NCBI GenBank assembly: GCA_023420715.1 | Contig: JAEZVR010000098.1 | Span: 3,412-27,411 of the forward strand | Direction of reading: 5' to 3' | Source of the DNA: Bacillota bacterium | Lineage (GTDB): Bacteria > Bacillota > Clostridia > Saccharofermentanales > Fastidiosipilaceae | DNA: 24,000 nt | Shown: piece after piece, positions 1 to 6,743 of the stretch | Layout: every line of letters begins with the position of its first letter | Position numbering within the stretch: the stretch's first letter is position 1 | Notes under the pieces: model-generated | Databases searched by the model: none | Seen by the model: the letters and a program-made list of their open reading frames with translations, nothing else | What the model was told of the DNA's origin: nothing | Translations under genes and position numbers: made by a program

Positions 1-241
1 ATTACCAGTTGTTGCGCTAAGGTTTCACAATCATGAATTTTTAAAAAAACAGTCTATAGGCTTCGGAAAATCACCCCTTTTGAGGCACTTAGCACCTGGA
101 AGAACCGCTGACCGAGTATCTTTTTTGTGGAAAACCTTGTGTAATATCACAAACTGGCCACCCACAATTTGCAGATTTTTTTCGATAGAAGTTCTATTTG
201 AGCAATCACAATTCAGCATATGATCTAAGTGGAGGTGCCAA

Positions 242-688
242 ATGATTCAACATATCCTGCTCGTGCCCCTACTGCTCTATCTAGCCATTGAAGATTTTAG
301 AACGATGTCCGTTCCACGCTGGAGTCTACTATCTATTTTGGGTATTGCATTGGTGCAATATTGTCAAAGTGGCATCCAATTGCTGGTTGTAAAAGCTTGT
401 CTCAGCCTATGTCTTTGCCTACCGCTTTGGTTGATAAACCACTTTCAGTCAAATCCCAAAATCGGCTTTGCCGACATTCTGTATTTGGCTTTTTTGATCT
501 TGCAATTTCCCATACTGATCTCTTTTGGCATTATCAGCATCAGTTGTCTGCTTTTTTTGATTTCACGAGCCATAATTTGCGGATGGATGCACATCAAAAA
601 ACGATCGCTGATCAAAACACAATTGTCACCCTTTCTCCCATTTCTCGTGTTACCAACCCTCCCCAGCCTCTTTATATACAGCCTTTAA
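242..688 (+). CDS. A24-family aspartic peptidase (prepilin peptidase / TadV-CpaA-like), short form
   Basis: 148-aa polytopic membrane ORF with GGAGG 6 nt upstream of the ATG. Asp18 in 'LAIEDFRTMSVP' and Asp78 in 'IGFADILYL' sit where the two catalytic Asp of A24 peptidases occur. It has no N-terminal methyltransferase domain. Confidence 0.6.
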   Translation: MIQHILLVPLLLYLAIEDFRTMSVPRWSLLSILGIALVQYCQSGIQLLVVKACLSLCLCLPLWLINHFQSNPKIGFADILYLAFLILQFPILISFGIISISCLLFLISRAIICGWMHIKKRSLIKTQLSPFLPFLVLPTLPSLFIYSL

Positions 689-785
689 CGTCAGACCTTT
701 CTGGTTGTCGTCGCACCGAAAGATGATGAACGTCGCAAAAGATCAAAATAATTAAAAACAATTATCAAAAAGGTCTCAAAAATGC

Positions 786-813
786 TAGACAAAATCAAAA
801 AAACAAGTACAAT
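786..813 (+). promoter_or_regulatory. Candidate sigma-A promoter of the Fur-family gene (TAGACA-16 nt-TACAAT)
   Basis: tagaca at 786-791 and tacaat at 808-813 with a 16-nt spacer, about 25 nt upstream of the ATG at 838. Confidence 0.35.
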
Positions 814-837
814 GTTCACAGATAAGAGAGAAAAGCT

Positions 838-1233
838 ATGCGACAGACGAAACAAAAACAATTTATTTTAGACACCTTTCTAGCTCATAATGGTCATATG
901 ACGGCTGAGGATTTATATAATATTTTAAAACCAAACCATCCAAAGCTGAGTTTGGCCACGGTATATCGCAATTTAAATCAGTTTGCCCAATTGGGTTTAA
1001 TTAACAAATTAGATCTGCCCAATCATCCAACCCATTTCGATATCACTACCGCTCAGCACCATCATGCCATTTGTGAATGTTGTGGAAAATTGATCGATAT
1101 CGAGATGGATCAACTACCACATATCGAGCTGATCAAAAATCAAGGGAGATTCAAGGCGACTCACTTTAATTTGGTGGTATACGGTGTCTGTGAAGACTGT
1201 CAAAACCAGCAAGCCACTCAGGCAAGCTCCTAA
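838..1233 (+). CDS. Fur-family metalloregulator (PerR-like)
   Basis: 131 aa. It has an N-terminal winged-helix segment ('LSLATVYRNLNQFAQLGLI'), a 'HHHAICECCGKLIDI' metal-site motif and a C-terminal 'GVCEDC' CxxC pair. This is the typical Fur/PerR/Zur layout. Confidence 0.9.
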   Translation: MRQTKQKQFILDTFLAHNGHMTAEDLYNILKPNHPKLSLATVYRNLNQFAQLGLINKLDLPNHPTHFDITTAQHHHAICECCGKLIDIEMDQLPHIELIKNQGRFKATHFNLVVYGVCEDCQNQQATQASS

Positions 1234-1244
1234 TAAAGCAAATA

Positions 1245-1280
1245 AAAACGGTCCGTTTCAGTTGAGAAACGGACCGTTTT
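1245..1280. terminator. Bidirectional rho-independent terminator between the Fur-family gene and the isomerase gene
   Basis: Perfect 14-bp stem (aaaacggtccgttt / aaacggaccgtttt) with an 8-nt loop. An A-run on the left and a T-run on the right let it serve both convergent genes. Confidence 0.8.
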
Positions 1281-1298
1281 CTTGATGAAACCTTTTCT

Positions 1299-2183
1299 TT
1301 AAAGTCCCAATTCTTTTTCAATTCGTTCACGCGCTTCTACAGCCTGTTTATCCATCATTTCTGGATAACCAAAATAGGATACGCATGCAATCGACTCACC
1401 GCCTACCTTAAACGTTTTATTAGCAAAATCCATCTCTCTTAAGGTTTCAAAAATCCCCTCAAAATCAACGTCACCTTCTCCCATTGCCGTATGCTGATGA
1501 ACGGTGGCATCTACGCCCGGCGGGTTAACAATGTATCTACAATCCAAAACTTGATTTCGGGTATCGGCAAACAGCACGTGAGATAAATCATCCCCGGCAT
1601 ATTTAAGCATGTGGCGCACATCGCCTTTTCCCTTGTCATAAAAGAAGCCATGTGGTGAGCTGTAAACATATTTAACGTGATCACTTCTAAAGTGTTTCAC
1701 ATAATCGCAGGTTTCGTCATTCAATTCACAAAAATCATAGGGATGGGACTGAATTTCACAACGAATGCCCTCTTTTTCGAAAATTGGCAATAATTCCTCC
1801 ATTGAACGGAAGAACATCCCATTACAAATTTCTGGCTGATTTGGATCTCCAGATAACTCTGTGTTGATCACCTGAACGCCTAGACGAACGGCCACTTCGA
1901 TTAAGGCTTTCCAATTGGCAACCGCATGGCGCCGCTGTTCCTCGGTAGGACCAGACCAGCGATAAACACAGATTAAAGATGAAATTTCTACACCCGTATC
2001 TTTTAAAGCTTGCTTATATTCCTGCTCACATTCTTTGCTAAAAAGCGGATGCTTATAAAATGGATTGATACGCGGATGCGGCGATTGCTCAATATAGCGA
2101 TAACCCCAGTCAGCAACCTTATAAACATAATCTTTGATCGTCATTTGCTTTGCTAAAACATCAACATCAAAAGCCAGTTTCAT
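1299..2183 (-). CDS. Sugar phosphate isomerase/epimerase family protein (xylose isomerase-like TIM barrel)
   Basis: The length (~294 aa) and overall pattern fit the family by eye. The start was moved to the internal ATG at 2183 ('MKLAFDVDV') because AAAGGAG lies 6-7 nt upstream. The 25-codon extension in the ORF track has no SD. Confidence 0.75.
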   Translation of the reverse strand: MKLAFDVDVLAKQMTIKDYVYKVADWGYRYIEQSPHPRINPFYKHPLFSKECEQEYKQALKDTGVEISSLICVYRWSGPTEEQRRHAVANWKALIEVAVRLGVQVINTELSGDPNQPEICNGMFFRSMEELLPIFEKEGIRCEIQSHPYDFCELNDETCDYVKHFRSDHVKYVYSSPHGFFYDKGKGDVRHMLKYAGDDLSHVLFADTRNQVLDCRYIVNPPGVDATVHQHTAMGEGDVDFEGIFETLREMDFANKTFKVGGESIACVSYFGYPEMMDKQAVEARERIEKELGL

Positions 2184-2213
2184 ATCGTTCTCCTTTTCGA
2201 TCTTAGTGCCATC

Positions 2214-2222
2214 AGTATAGCA
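2214..2222 (-). promoter_or_regulatory. Candidate extended -10 promoter element (TGCTATACT) for the isomerase gene
   Basis: The minus strand reads tgctatact (TGnTATACT) about 31 nt upstream of the ATG at 2183. The same 9-mer occurs upstream of PFOR. Confidence 0.4.
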
Positions 2223-2320
2223 AGCCATCAGAAAAAGCCTTCCATCATTCTTGCTCATATTTAATGCAAATAGAGATGACAGAAGGCTTTTATATCGGTT
2301 GATTTGTCAATTCTTGCGTT

Positions 2321-2354
2321 TAAAATAAAAAACGCTCAACCGTGGTTGAGCGTT
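2321..2354 (-). terminator. Rho-independent terminator of the sugar ABC operon
   Basis: Perfect 10-bp stem (aacgctcaac / gttgagcgtt) with a 4-nt loop. On the minus strand it is followed by ttttatttta and begins 5 nt after the permease stop. Confidence 0.85.
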
Positions 2355-2359
2355 TTCGA

Positions 2360-3400
2360 TTAAGCTTGTTTACCCATCATCTTACGGTTATCGAGCACGA
2401 CAGCCAAGACAATGATGACACCCTTAACGATTTCTTGATAATAAGAAGAAACCGCCAAATAGATCAAAGCCGATTTTAGGATACCGAGAATCAAAATACC
2501 TGCGATACAGCCGGAAACCTTACCAACACCACCGTTTTGTGAGATACCACCGATGGTTGCAGCAGCGATACCATCGAGTTCCCAGTTCAAACCGAGCTGA
2601 GGGTTACCAGCACCCGTACGACCAGCTGTCAATACAGCAGCCAAGCCGCAGAGCGTACCACACCAAGCGTAGATGGCTACGAGGTTTTTCTCCACTTTAA
2701 CCCCTGCAACACGTGCGGCTTCTTTATTGCCGCCGATCGCATAAATGTTCCGTCCAAATCTGGTTTGGTTCAAAATAAACCATGCAATAATCGCAACAAT
2801 GATGAAAATTAAAACATTGGAATGCAATTTATTGTCGAGCCAATTGGTTTTACCAAACCAGTTAAAATCTTCACCCAACTGAGATACAGGGTTACCTTGT
2901 GTAATTAAAAGAGCCAACCCGCGTCCTGCGGACATGGTACCTAAAGTAGCAATAAAGGGATGGATTTTTGTGTAAGCGACCAATGATCCGTTGATCAAAC
3001 CGACGATACAACCTGTTGCCAATCCGATGAGCAAGCAGACGACACCCGGCAATTGGGGACCACCTGGAATGATTCTTGCAGAGTATGCCACGTTTTGAGC
3101 AAACATACCGGATACAACAGAGGACAAGGAGACAACCGAGCCCATGGAAAGGTCGATACCTTTAGAGATGATAACAAACATAACACCCATGGCCAGCAGA
3201 CCAGGACCAACCTCCGATTGGAAAATGTTTGTCACGTTTTGATAGGTCAAGAAGAAGGCACTGTTCATCGCCAGTGTGGCAATACACATAACCACAATCA
3301 GACCAATGAGGATAACCCACATGCTGTTATCGCCCAAAATTTGACCAATGGACTTCTTTTCGTTACCCGATTTAATGGTGTGCGTGTTATCGAGCGTCAT
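2360..3400 (-). CDS. Sugar ABC transporter permease (RbsC/MglC-type, branched-chain/monosaccharide permease family)
   Basis: Multi-TM protein with the typical glycine-rich C-terminal half ('AIGGNKEAARVAGV'). The start is set at ATG 3400 ('MTLDNTH'), with AAGGTGG upstream and 4 nt after the ATPase stop. The longer ORF would overlap the ATPase by 74 nt. Confidence 0.9.
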   Translation of the reverse strand: MTLDNTHTIKSGNEKKSIGQILGDNSMWVILIGLIVVMCIATLAMNSAFFLTYQNVTNIFQSEVGPGLLAMGVMFVIISKGIDLSMGSVVSLSSVVSGMFAQNVAYSARIIPGGPQLPGVVCLLIGLATGCIVGLINGSLVAYTKIHPFIATLGTMSAGRGLALLITQGNPVSQLGEDFNWFGKTNWLDNKLHSNVLIFIIVAIIAWFILNQTRFGRNIYAIGGNKEAARVAGVKVEKNLVAIYAWCGTLCGLAAVLTAGRTGAGNPQLGLNWELDGIAAATIGGISQNGGVGKVSGCIAGILILGILKSALIYLAVSSYYQEIVKGVIIVLAVVLDNRKMMGKQA

Positions 3401-3404
3401 TGTT

Positions 3405-4907
3405 TTACCCCACCTTTTCTGTGTTAATTGTTGCCAAATGCATGATGTGATCCTGATTGAAATCCTTCCGATCGACAATACCCGTCATTCTGCCTTCATG
3501 CATAACGAGGATACGGTCGGCCATACCCATTACCTCTGGCATTTCTGAAGAAATCATGATGATGGCTTTTCCTTCAGCAGCAAGGTTCGTGATAATTGCG
3601 TGAATTTCTGATTTAGCACCGACGTCAATACCACGTGTTGGCTCGTCCACAATTAAAATATCTGGATTAGTCAACAGCCAGCGCGCGACCAAAACCTTTT
3701 GCTGGTTACCACCCGAAAGGCTTTGGATCAATGTCTTCCACGTCGGTGTTTTGATCGAAAGCTTACTGCCGTATTCAGCAGCTTCTTGACTCATGCGCTT
3801 ATGATCCAGGACTCTCGTCGGCTTAACATAGGACTTAATATTCGCAATACTAATGTTGCTCAAAACACTAGATACAGGAACAATACCCGTCTTGCGGCGG
3901 TCTTCCGTCAAGAATGCAATTTTTTCATCAATCGCATCACTCGGACAAGTAATATTAAGTTTTCTTCCATCTTTATAAACAGCTCCAGAAGAAATCGGAC
4001 GCATGCCGAAGATCGCTTCCATCAATTCTGTACGACCAGCACCAACCAGTCCGGCAAAGCCCAGGATTTCACCACGATGCAACTCAAAAGAGACATCCTC
4101 AAAAGCACCTGGAGAGCTCAAATGTTCAACTTTAAGAATGGTGTCGCCAATGGGGCATTCTACCTTCGGGAACATTGCATCAAGCTCGCGACCCACCATC
4201 ATGCGAATCATGGACTCTGTTGTCAAATTGCTGATGAGATCTGTTCCCACAAAAGCACCGTCACGGAAAACCGTTGCTTCATCACAAATCTCAAAGATTT
4301 CATCCATCTTGTGAGAAATGTAAATGATGGCTTTACCTTGGGATTTAAGGCGACGAATAATATCAAAGAGTTTTGCTGTTTCACCTTCTGTCAGAGAAGA
4401 CGTTGGCTCATCCATGATGATGACGTCTGCATCATAAGAAACAGCTTTGGCAATCTCGATCATTTGCTGTTTTGCAACCGTTAAATGACCGACTAAGGTA
4501 CGCGGATCATCTGTCATACCAACTTCTCTCAGCAGTGCGACAGAATCTTCGTGCATTTTTTTCTTATCGAGAACAAAACCTTTTCTGGGCTCTCTGCCAA
4601 GCCATAAGTTATCACTAATGCTCCGCAAAGGCACGGGGTTTAGTTCTTGGTGAATCATAGAAACACCTTGTTGTAAGGCGTGAAGGGTATCGTGGACTTC
4701 GATTTCCTCGCCTCGTAAAATAATTTTTCCCGAATCCATCTTATTGATGCCAATGAGACATTTCATTAAGGTGGATTTACCAGCTCCATTTTCTCCCATC
4801 AAAGCATGGACTGTCCCGGGACGAACACGGAGGGTCACACCCTTCAATGCTTTAACGCCCGGAAATTCTTTTACGACGTCGAGCATTTCTAATACATATT
4901 CGCTCAT
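3405..4907 (-). CDS. Sugar ABC transporter ATP-binding protein with duplicated NBDs (RbsA/MglA-type)
   Basis: 500 aa carrying two ABC cassettes: Walker A 'GENGAGKST', signature 'LTVAKQQM', Walker B 'IIMDEPT', a second signature 'LSGGNQQKV' and a second Walker B 'ILIVDEPT'. Confidence 0.95.
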   Translation of the reverse strand: MSEYVLEMLDVVKEFPGVKALKGVTLRVRPGTVHALMGENGAGKSTLMKCLIGINKMDSGKIILRGEEIEVHDTLHALQQGVSMIHQELNPVPLRSISDNLWLGREPRKGFVLDKKKMHEDSVALLREVGMTDDPRTLVGHLTVAKQQMIEIAKAVSYDADVIIMDEPTSSLTEGETAKLFDIIRRLKSQGKAIIYISHKMDEIFEICDEATVFRDGAFVGTDLISNLTTESMIRMMVGRELDAMFPKVECPIGDTILKVEHLSSPGAFEDVSFELHRGEILGFAGLVGAGRTELMEAIFGMRPISSGAVYKDGRKLNITCPSDAIDEKIAFLTEDRRKTGIVPVSSVLSNISIANIKSYVKPTRVLDHKRMSQEAAEYGSKLSIKTPTWKTLIQSLSGGNQQKVLVARWLLTNPDILIVDEPTRGIDVGAKSEIHAIITNLAAEGKAIIMISSEMPEVMGMADRILVMHEGRMTGIVDRKDFNQDHIMHLATINTEKVG

Positions 4908-4933
4908 GTCTGGTAACTCCCTTCCCGTTTGTT

Positions 4934-4960
4934 AAAGGCTAGGCATGAAGCCCAGCCTTT
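4934..4960 (-). promoter_or_regulatory. Intercistronic stem-loop between the binding-protein and ATPase genes
   Basis: aaaggctaggc / gcccagccttt form an 11-bp stem with one mismatch and a 5-nt loop. No U-tract follows on the minus strand, so it is more likely an mRNA-stability or processing element than a terminator. Confidence 0.5.
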
Positions 4961-4983
4961 AACCGTCAACATATTTTCAAAGA

Positions 4984-6054
4984 TTATTTTTTGTATTCTT
5001 TGTAGTTGGACTTGTCAACAGGTTCAAATGGGATGTCGATATTGGTTGGAACGTCTTTGCCTTCTGCGAACAGAACAGCAGCGCGGACAGCACCTTTACC
5101 TTGACCAACAGGATTTTGGAAGACAGAGAAAGCCATTTCGCCAGCTTCGATTGAATTCAAAGCGTCTGGTGTTGCATCGATACCGACAACAGGGATTGTA
5201 GCCAAATCCTTACCAGCAGCTTTGAGGGCAGCGATTGCACCCAGAGCCATTTCGTCGTTGTTGGAGATCACAACATCGAAAGGTTTGTTAGCGCCCAAGA
5301 AGGTTTGCATTTTGTTCTGAGCTTTTGCACGATCCCATTCAGCTGTATCTTCGTACACTTTGTTCACTTTAATACCAGCTTCTTCCAAAGCTTTGTATGC
5401 AGAATCGGTACGAGCGATTACGCTTTCGAGACCAAGCACACCTTGCAACATGACAACGTTCAATTCAGATTTACCATTGTCTTTTGCCCATTTAGCCAAG
5501 AATTCACCTTCGAATTTACCAGCATTGCGTTCGTCAGAACCAACATAAGCAGCTTTGCCAGCTTCTAAGGTCAAGGTTGGACGACGGTTTACGAAGACAA
5601 CCTGTACGCCACGTGCAGCATCGATGATTTGTTGTGCACTATCTGTGTTTACCAAACCAACGATAATTGCTTTACACCCTTGGCTCACAAAAGTTTGAAC
5701 GTTTTGAACCTGTGTATTTGCATTGTTGTTTGCATCAACGGTGATCAACTCAATACCCTGATGTGCGCCTTCTTCTTTAGCAGCAGTTTCCATGTAGGAT
5801 AGGAATTGGTCACGAACAGGCATTGAAAAACCAACTTTATAACGGTCAGAAGCCTTTACATCACCCAAGCTGTCCACATACTCACCAGAATCACCACCGG
5901 AATTAGAAGGTGTTTCTGAGCCTGAAGCAGATGCGCTGGCACTTCCGCTAGAAGAGCCTGCTGGTTCGCTCGGTTTTGAGCCACCATTGCCACATCCGAC
6001 CATTAATCCTGCGGCAACCACAGTTGCCATAGCAACAGTCAAAATCTTTTTCAT
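4984..6054 (-). CDS. Sugar ABC transporter substrate-binding lipoprotein (periplasmic-binding-protein type I, ribose/galactose family)
   Basis: Signal peptide with lipobox 'LMVGC', then a Ser/Gly/Ala-rich linker, then a PBP1-like body ('KVGFSMPVRDQF', 'VVGIDATPDAL'). It is the first gene of the operon. Confidence 0.9.
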   Translation of the reverse strand: MKKILTVAMATVVAAGLMVGCGNGGSKPSEPAGSSSGSASASASGSETPSNSGGDSGEYVDSLGDVKASDRYKVGFSMPVRDQFLSYMETAAKEEGAHQGIELITVDANNNANTQVQNVQTFVSQGCKAIIVGLVNTDSAQQIIDAARGVQVVFVNRRPTLTLEAGKAAYVGSDERNAGKFEGEFLAKWAKDNGKSELNVVMLQGVLGLESVIARTDSAYKALEEAGIKVNKVYEDTAEWDRAKAQNKMQTFLGANKPFDVVISNNDEMALGAIAALKAAGKDLATIPVVGIDATPDALNSIEAGEMAFSVFQNPVGQGKGAVRAAVLFAEGKDVPTNIDIPFEPVDKSNYKEYKK

Positions 6055-6124
6055 TTTTACCTTTTCCTCTTTTCCTTTATTTTTACGTCTTTACGAGCAT
6101 AAGCCCAAACGTAAAAGAATATGA

Positions 6125-6144
6125 TGTGTGACAGATTTCACACA
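6125..6144. promoter_or_regulatory. Perfect palindrome tgTGTGA-cagatt-TCACAca (CRP/FNR- or Rex-type operator core)
   Basis: TGTGA at 6127-6131 and TCACA at 6138-6142 with a 6-nt spacer, extending to 7-bp arms at 6125-6131 and 6138-6144. It lies 73-90 nt upstream of the binding-protein ATG (6054, minus strand). Confidence 0.4.
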
Positions 6145-6166
6145 CTTTGACAAGAGCCAAGTGATG

Positions 6167-6194
6167 ATTGTTCGCCACCTTCGTATCTTGTCAA
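6167..6194 (-). promoter_or_regulatory. Candidate promoter of the sugar ABC operon (TTGACA-16 nt-AACAAT)
   Basis: On the minus strand, ttgaca is at 6194-6189 and aacaat at 6172-6167. An alternative weaker -10 (taaaat, 6084-6079) exists closer to the gene. Confidence 0.3.
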
Positions 6195-6405
6195 AAGCTT
6201 AGTTTATTTTACCGTCTCAATCGTCATAATGCAACATCAATCACTAAATTAATCCTGTTTAACTGTATAACTTGCATAAAAACCAGCCTTTGTCTTTTCT
6301 GATGCTTACAGACACTTGTGTTTGAACCCGCTGTTGTGTAAATAGATTGGTCGTTTGAAAAATTGCATTGAAATCTGCAATGTGCTTCGACGCCAAAAAT
6401 AATGC

Positions 6406-6434
6406 TTGTATTTGCCAGAACGTTATGATAATAT
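6406..6434 (+). promoter_or_regulatory. Candidate rpmB promoter (TTGTAT-17 nt-TAATAT)
   Basis: ttgtat at 6406-6411 and taatat at 6429-6434 with a 17-nt spacer, about 37 nt upstream of the rpmB ATG. Confidence 0.4.
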
Positions 6435-6470
6435 TTCTTGCGTTACTCAAAAAAAATAGGAGGTGTAAAT

Positions 6471-6668
6471 ATGGCAAAATGTGATGTTTGCGGTAAGGGC
6501 GTTTCCTTCGGACGGAAGATCAGCATTACCCGTTCTCAAGTTTCACGTCGTGCGCTTTCACAACAAAAACCAAATGTACGCCGTGTTCATGTTGTGCAAA
6601 ACGGCACACCCAAAACAATGCATGTCTGTAGCAGATGCCTCCGTTCAGGCGCTGTTGAACGTGCTTAG
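6471..6668 (+). CDS. rpmB: 50S ribosomal protein L28 (four-Cys, zinc-ribbon 'C+' form)
   Basis: 'MAKCDVCGKGVSFGRKISITRSQVSRRA...VCSRCLRSGAVERA' is a recognisable L28. AGGAGGTG lies 5 nt upstream of ATG 6471. CxxC pairs sit at C4/C7 and C53/C56. The 11-codon extension in the ORF track is rejected. Confidence 0.95.
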   Translation: MAKCDVCGKGVSFGRKISITRSQVSRRALSQQKPNVRRVHVVQNGTPKTMHVCSRCLRSGAVERA

Positions 6669-6713
6669 CACATGCAAGGCGTCGAATGCGTTAATGATCT
6701 TGTTTATGAGCAA

Positions 6714-6743
6714 AAAAGCGTTTGTTGAAAGACAAACGCTTTT
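6714..6743. terminator. Bidirectional rho-independent terminator shared by rpmB and the convergent P60-like gene
   Basis: 12-bp perfect stem (aaaagcgtttgt / acaaacgctttt) with a 6-nt loop. An A-run lies on the left and a T-run on the right. The stop codon of the minus-strand gene abuts the right arm. Confidence 0.8.

Noticed and set aside
2-223. The plus-strand frame is open from the window edge to TGA at 221-223 (74 codons, 'LPVVALRFHNHEF...EQSQFSI'). The opposite-strand 62-aa ORF 31..219 covers the same DNA.
   Set aside because: Neither translation shows a motif I recognise. The minus ORF has no SD (its upstream sequence is the complement of the peptidase SD). The plus frame might be the 3' end of an upstream gene, but I cannot support that from sequence alone. 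The region also contains a TTGTG-N6-CACAA palindrome (137-152) around a TAATAT box, so it may equally be non-coding promoter DNA.
361-726. 121-aa TTG-initiated ORF overlapping the A24 peptidase gene in another frame.
   Set aside because: It lies almost entirely within a better-supported membrane-protein CDS (its last 38 nt run past that CDS stop). It has no SD and its composition is not protein-like.
748-765. Inverted repeat ATAATT-aaaaac-AATTAT upstream of the Fur-family gene, considered as an autoregulatory Fur/PerR box.
   Set aside because: It does not fit the 7-1-7 (TGATAATnATTATCA) or PerR (TTATAATnATTATAA) architecture. It is AT-rich and low-complexity, and it lies upstream of the candidate -35 rather than over the promoter.
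3699-4484. 261-aa ORF antisense to the ABC ATPase gene. Antisense ORFs 3053..3427 and 4003..4314 are similar.
   Set aside because: Its composition is Arg/Cys/Phe/His-rich, typical of the reverse complement of a real gene. It has no SD, and the sense-strand gene is unambiguous.
6259-6477. 72-aa minus-strand ORF in the rpmB upstream region, and possible sRNA/hairpins there (for example attgca-N8-tgcaat at 6362-6381).
   Set aside because: The ORF overlaps the rpmB SD/start in antisense and has no SD. The small hairpins lack U-tracts, so I cannot support an RNA gene from sequence alone.
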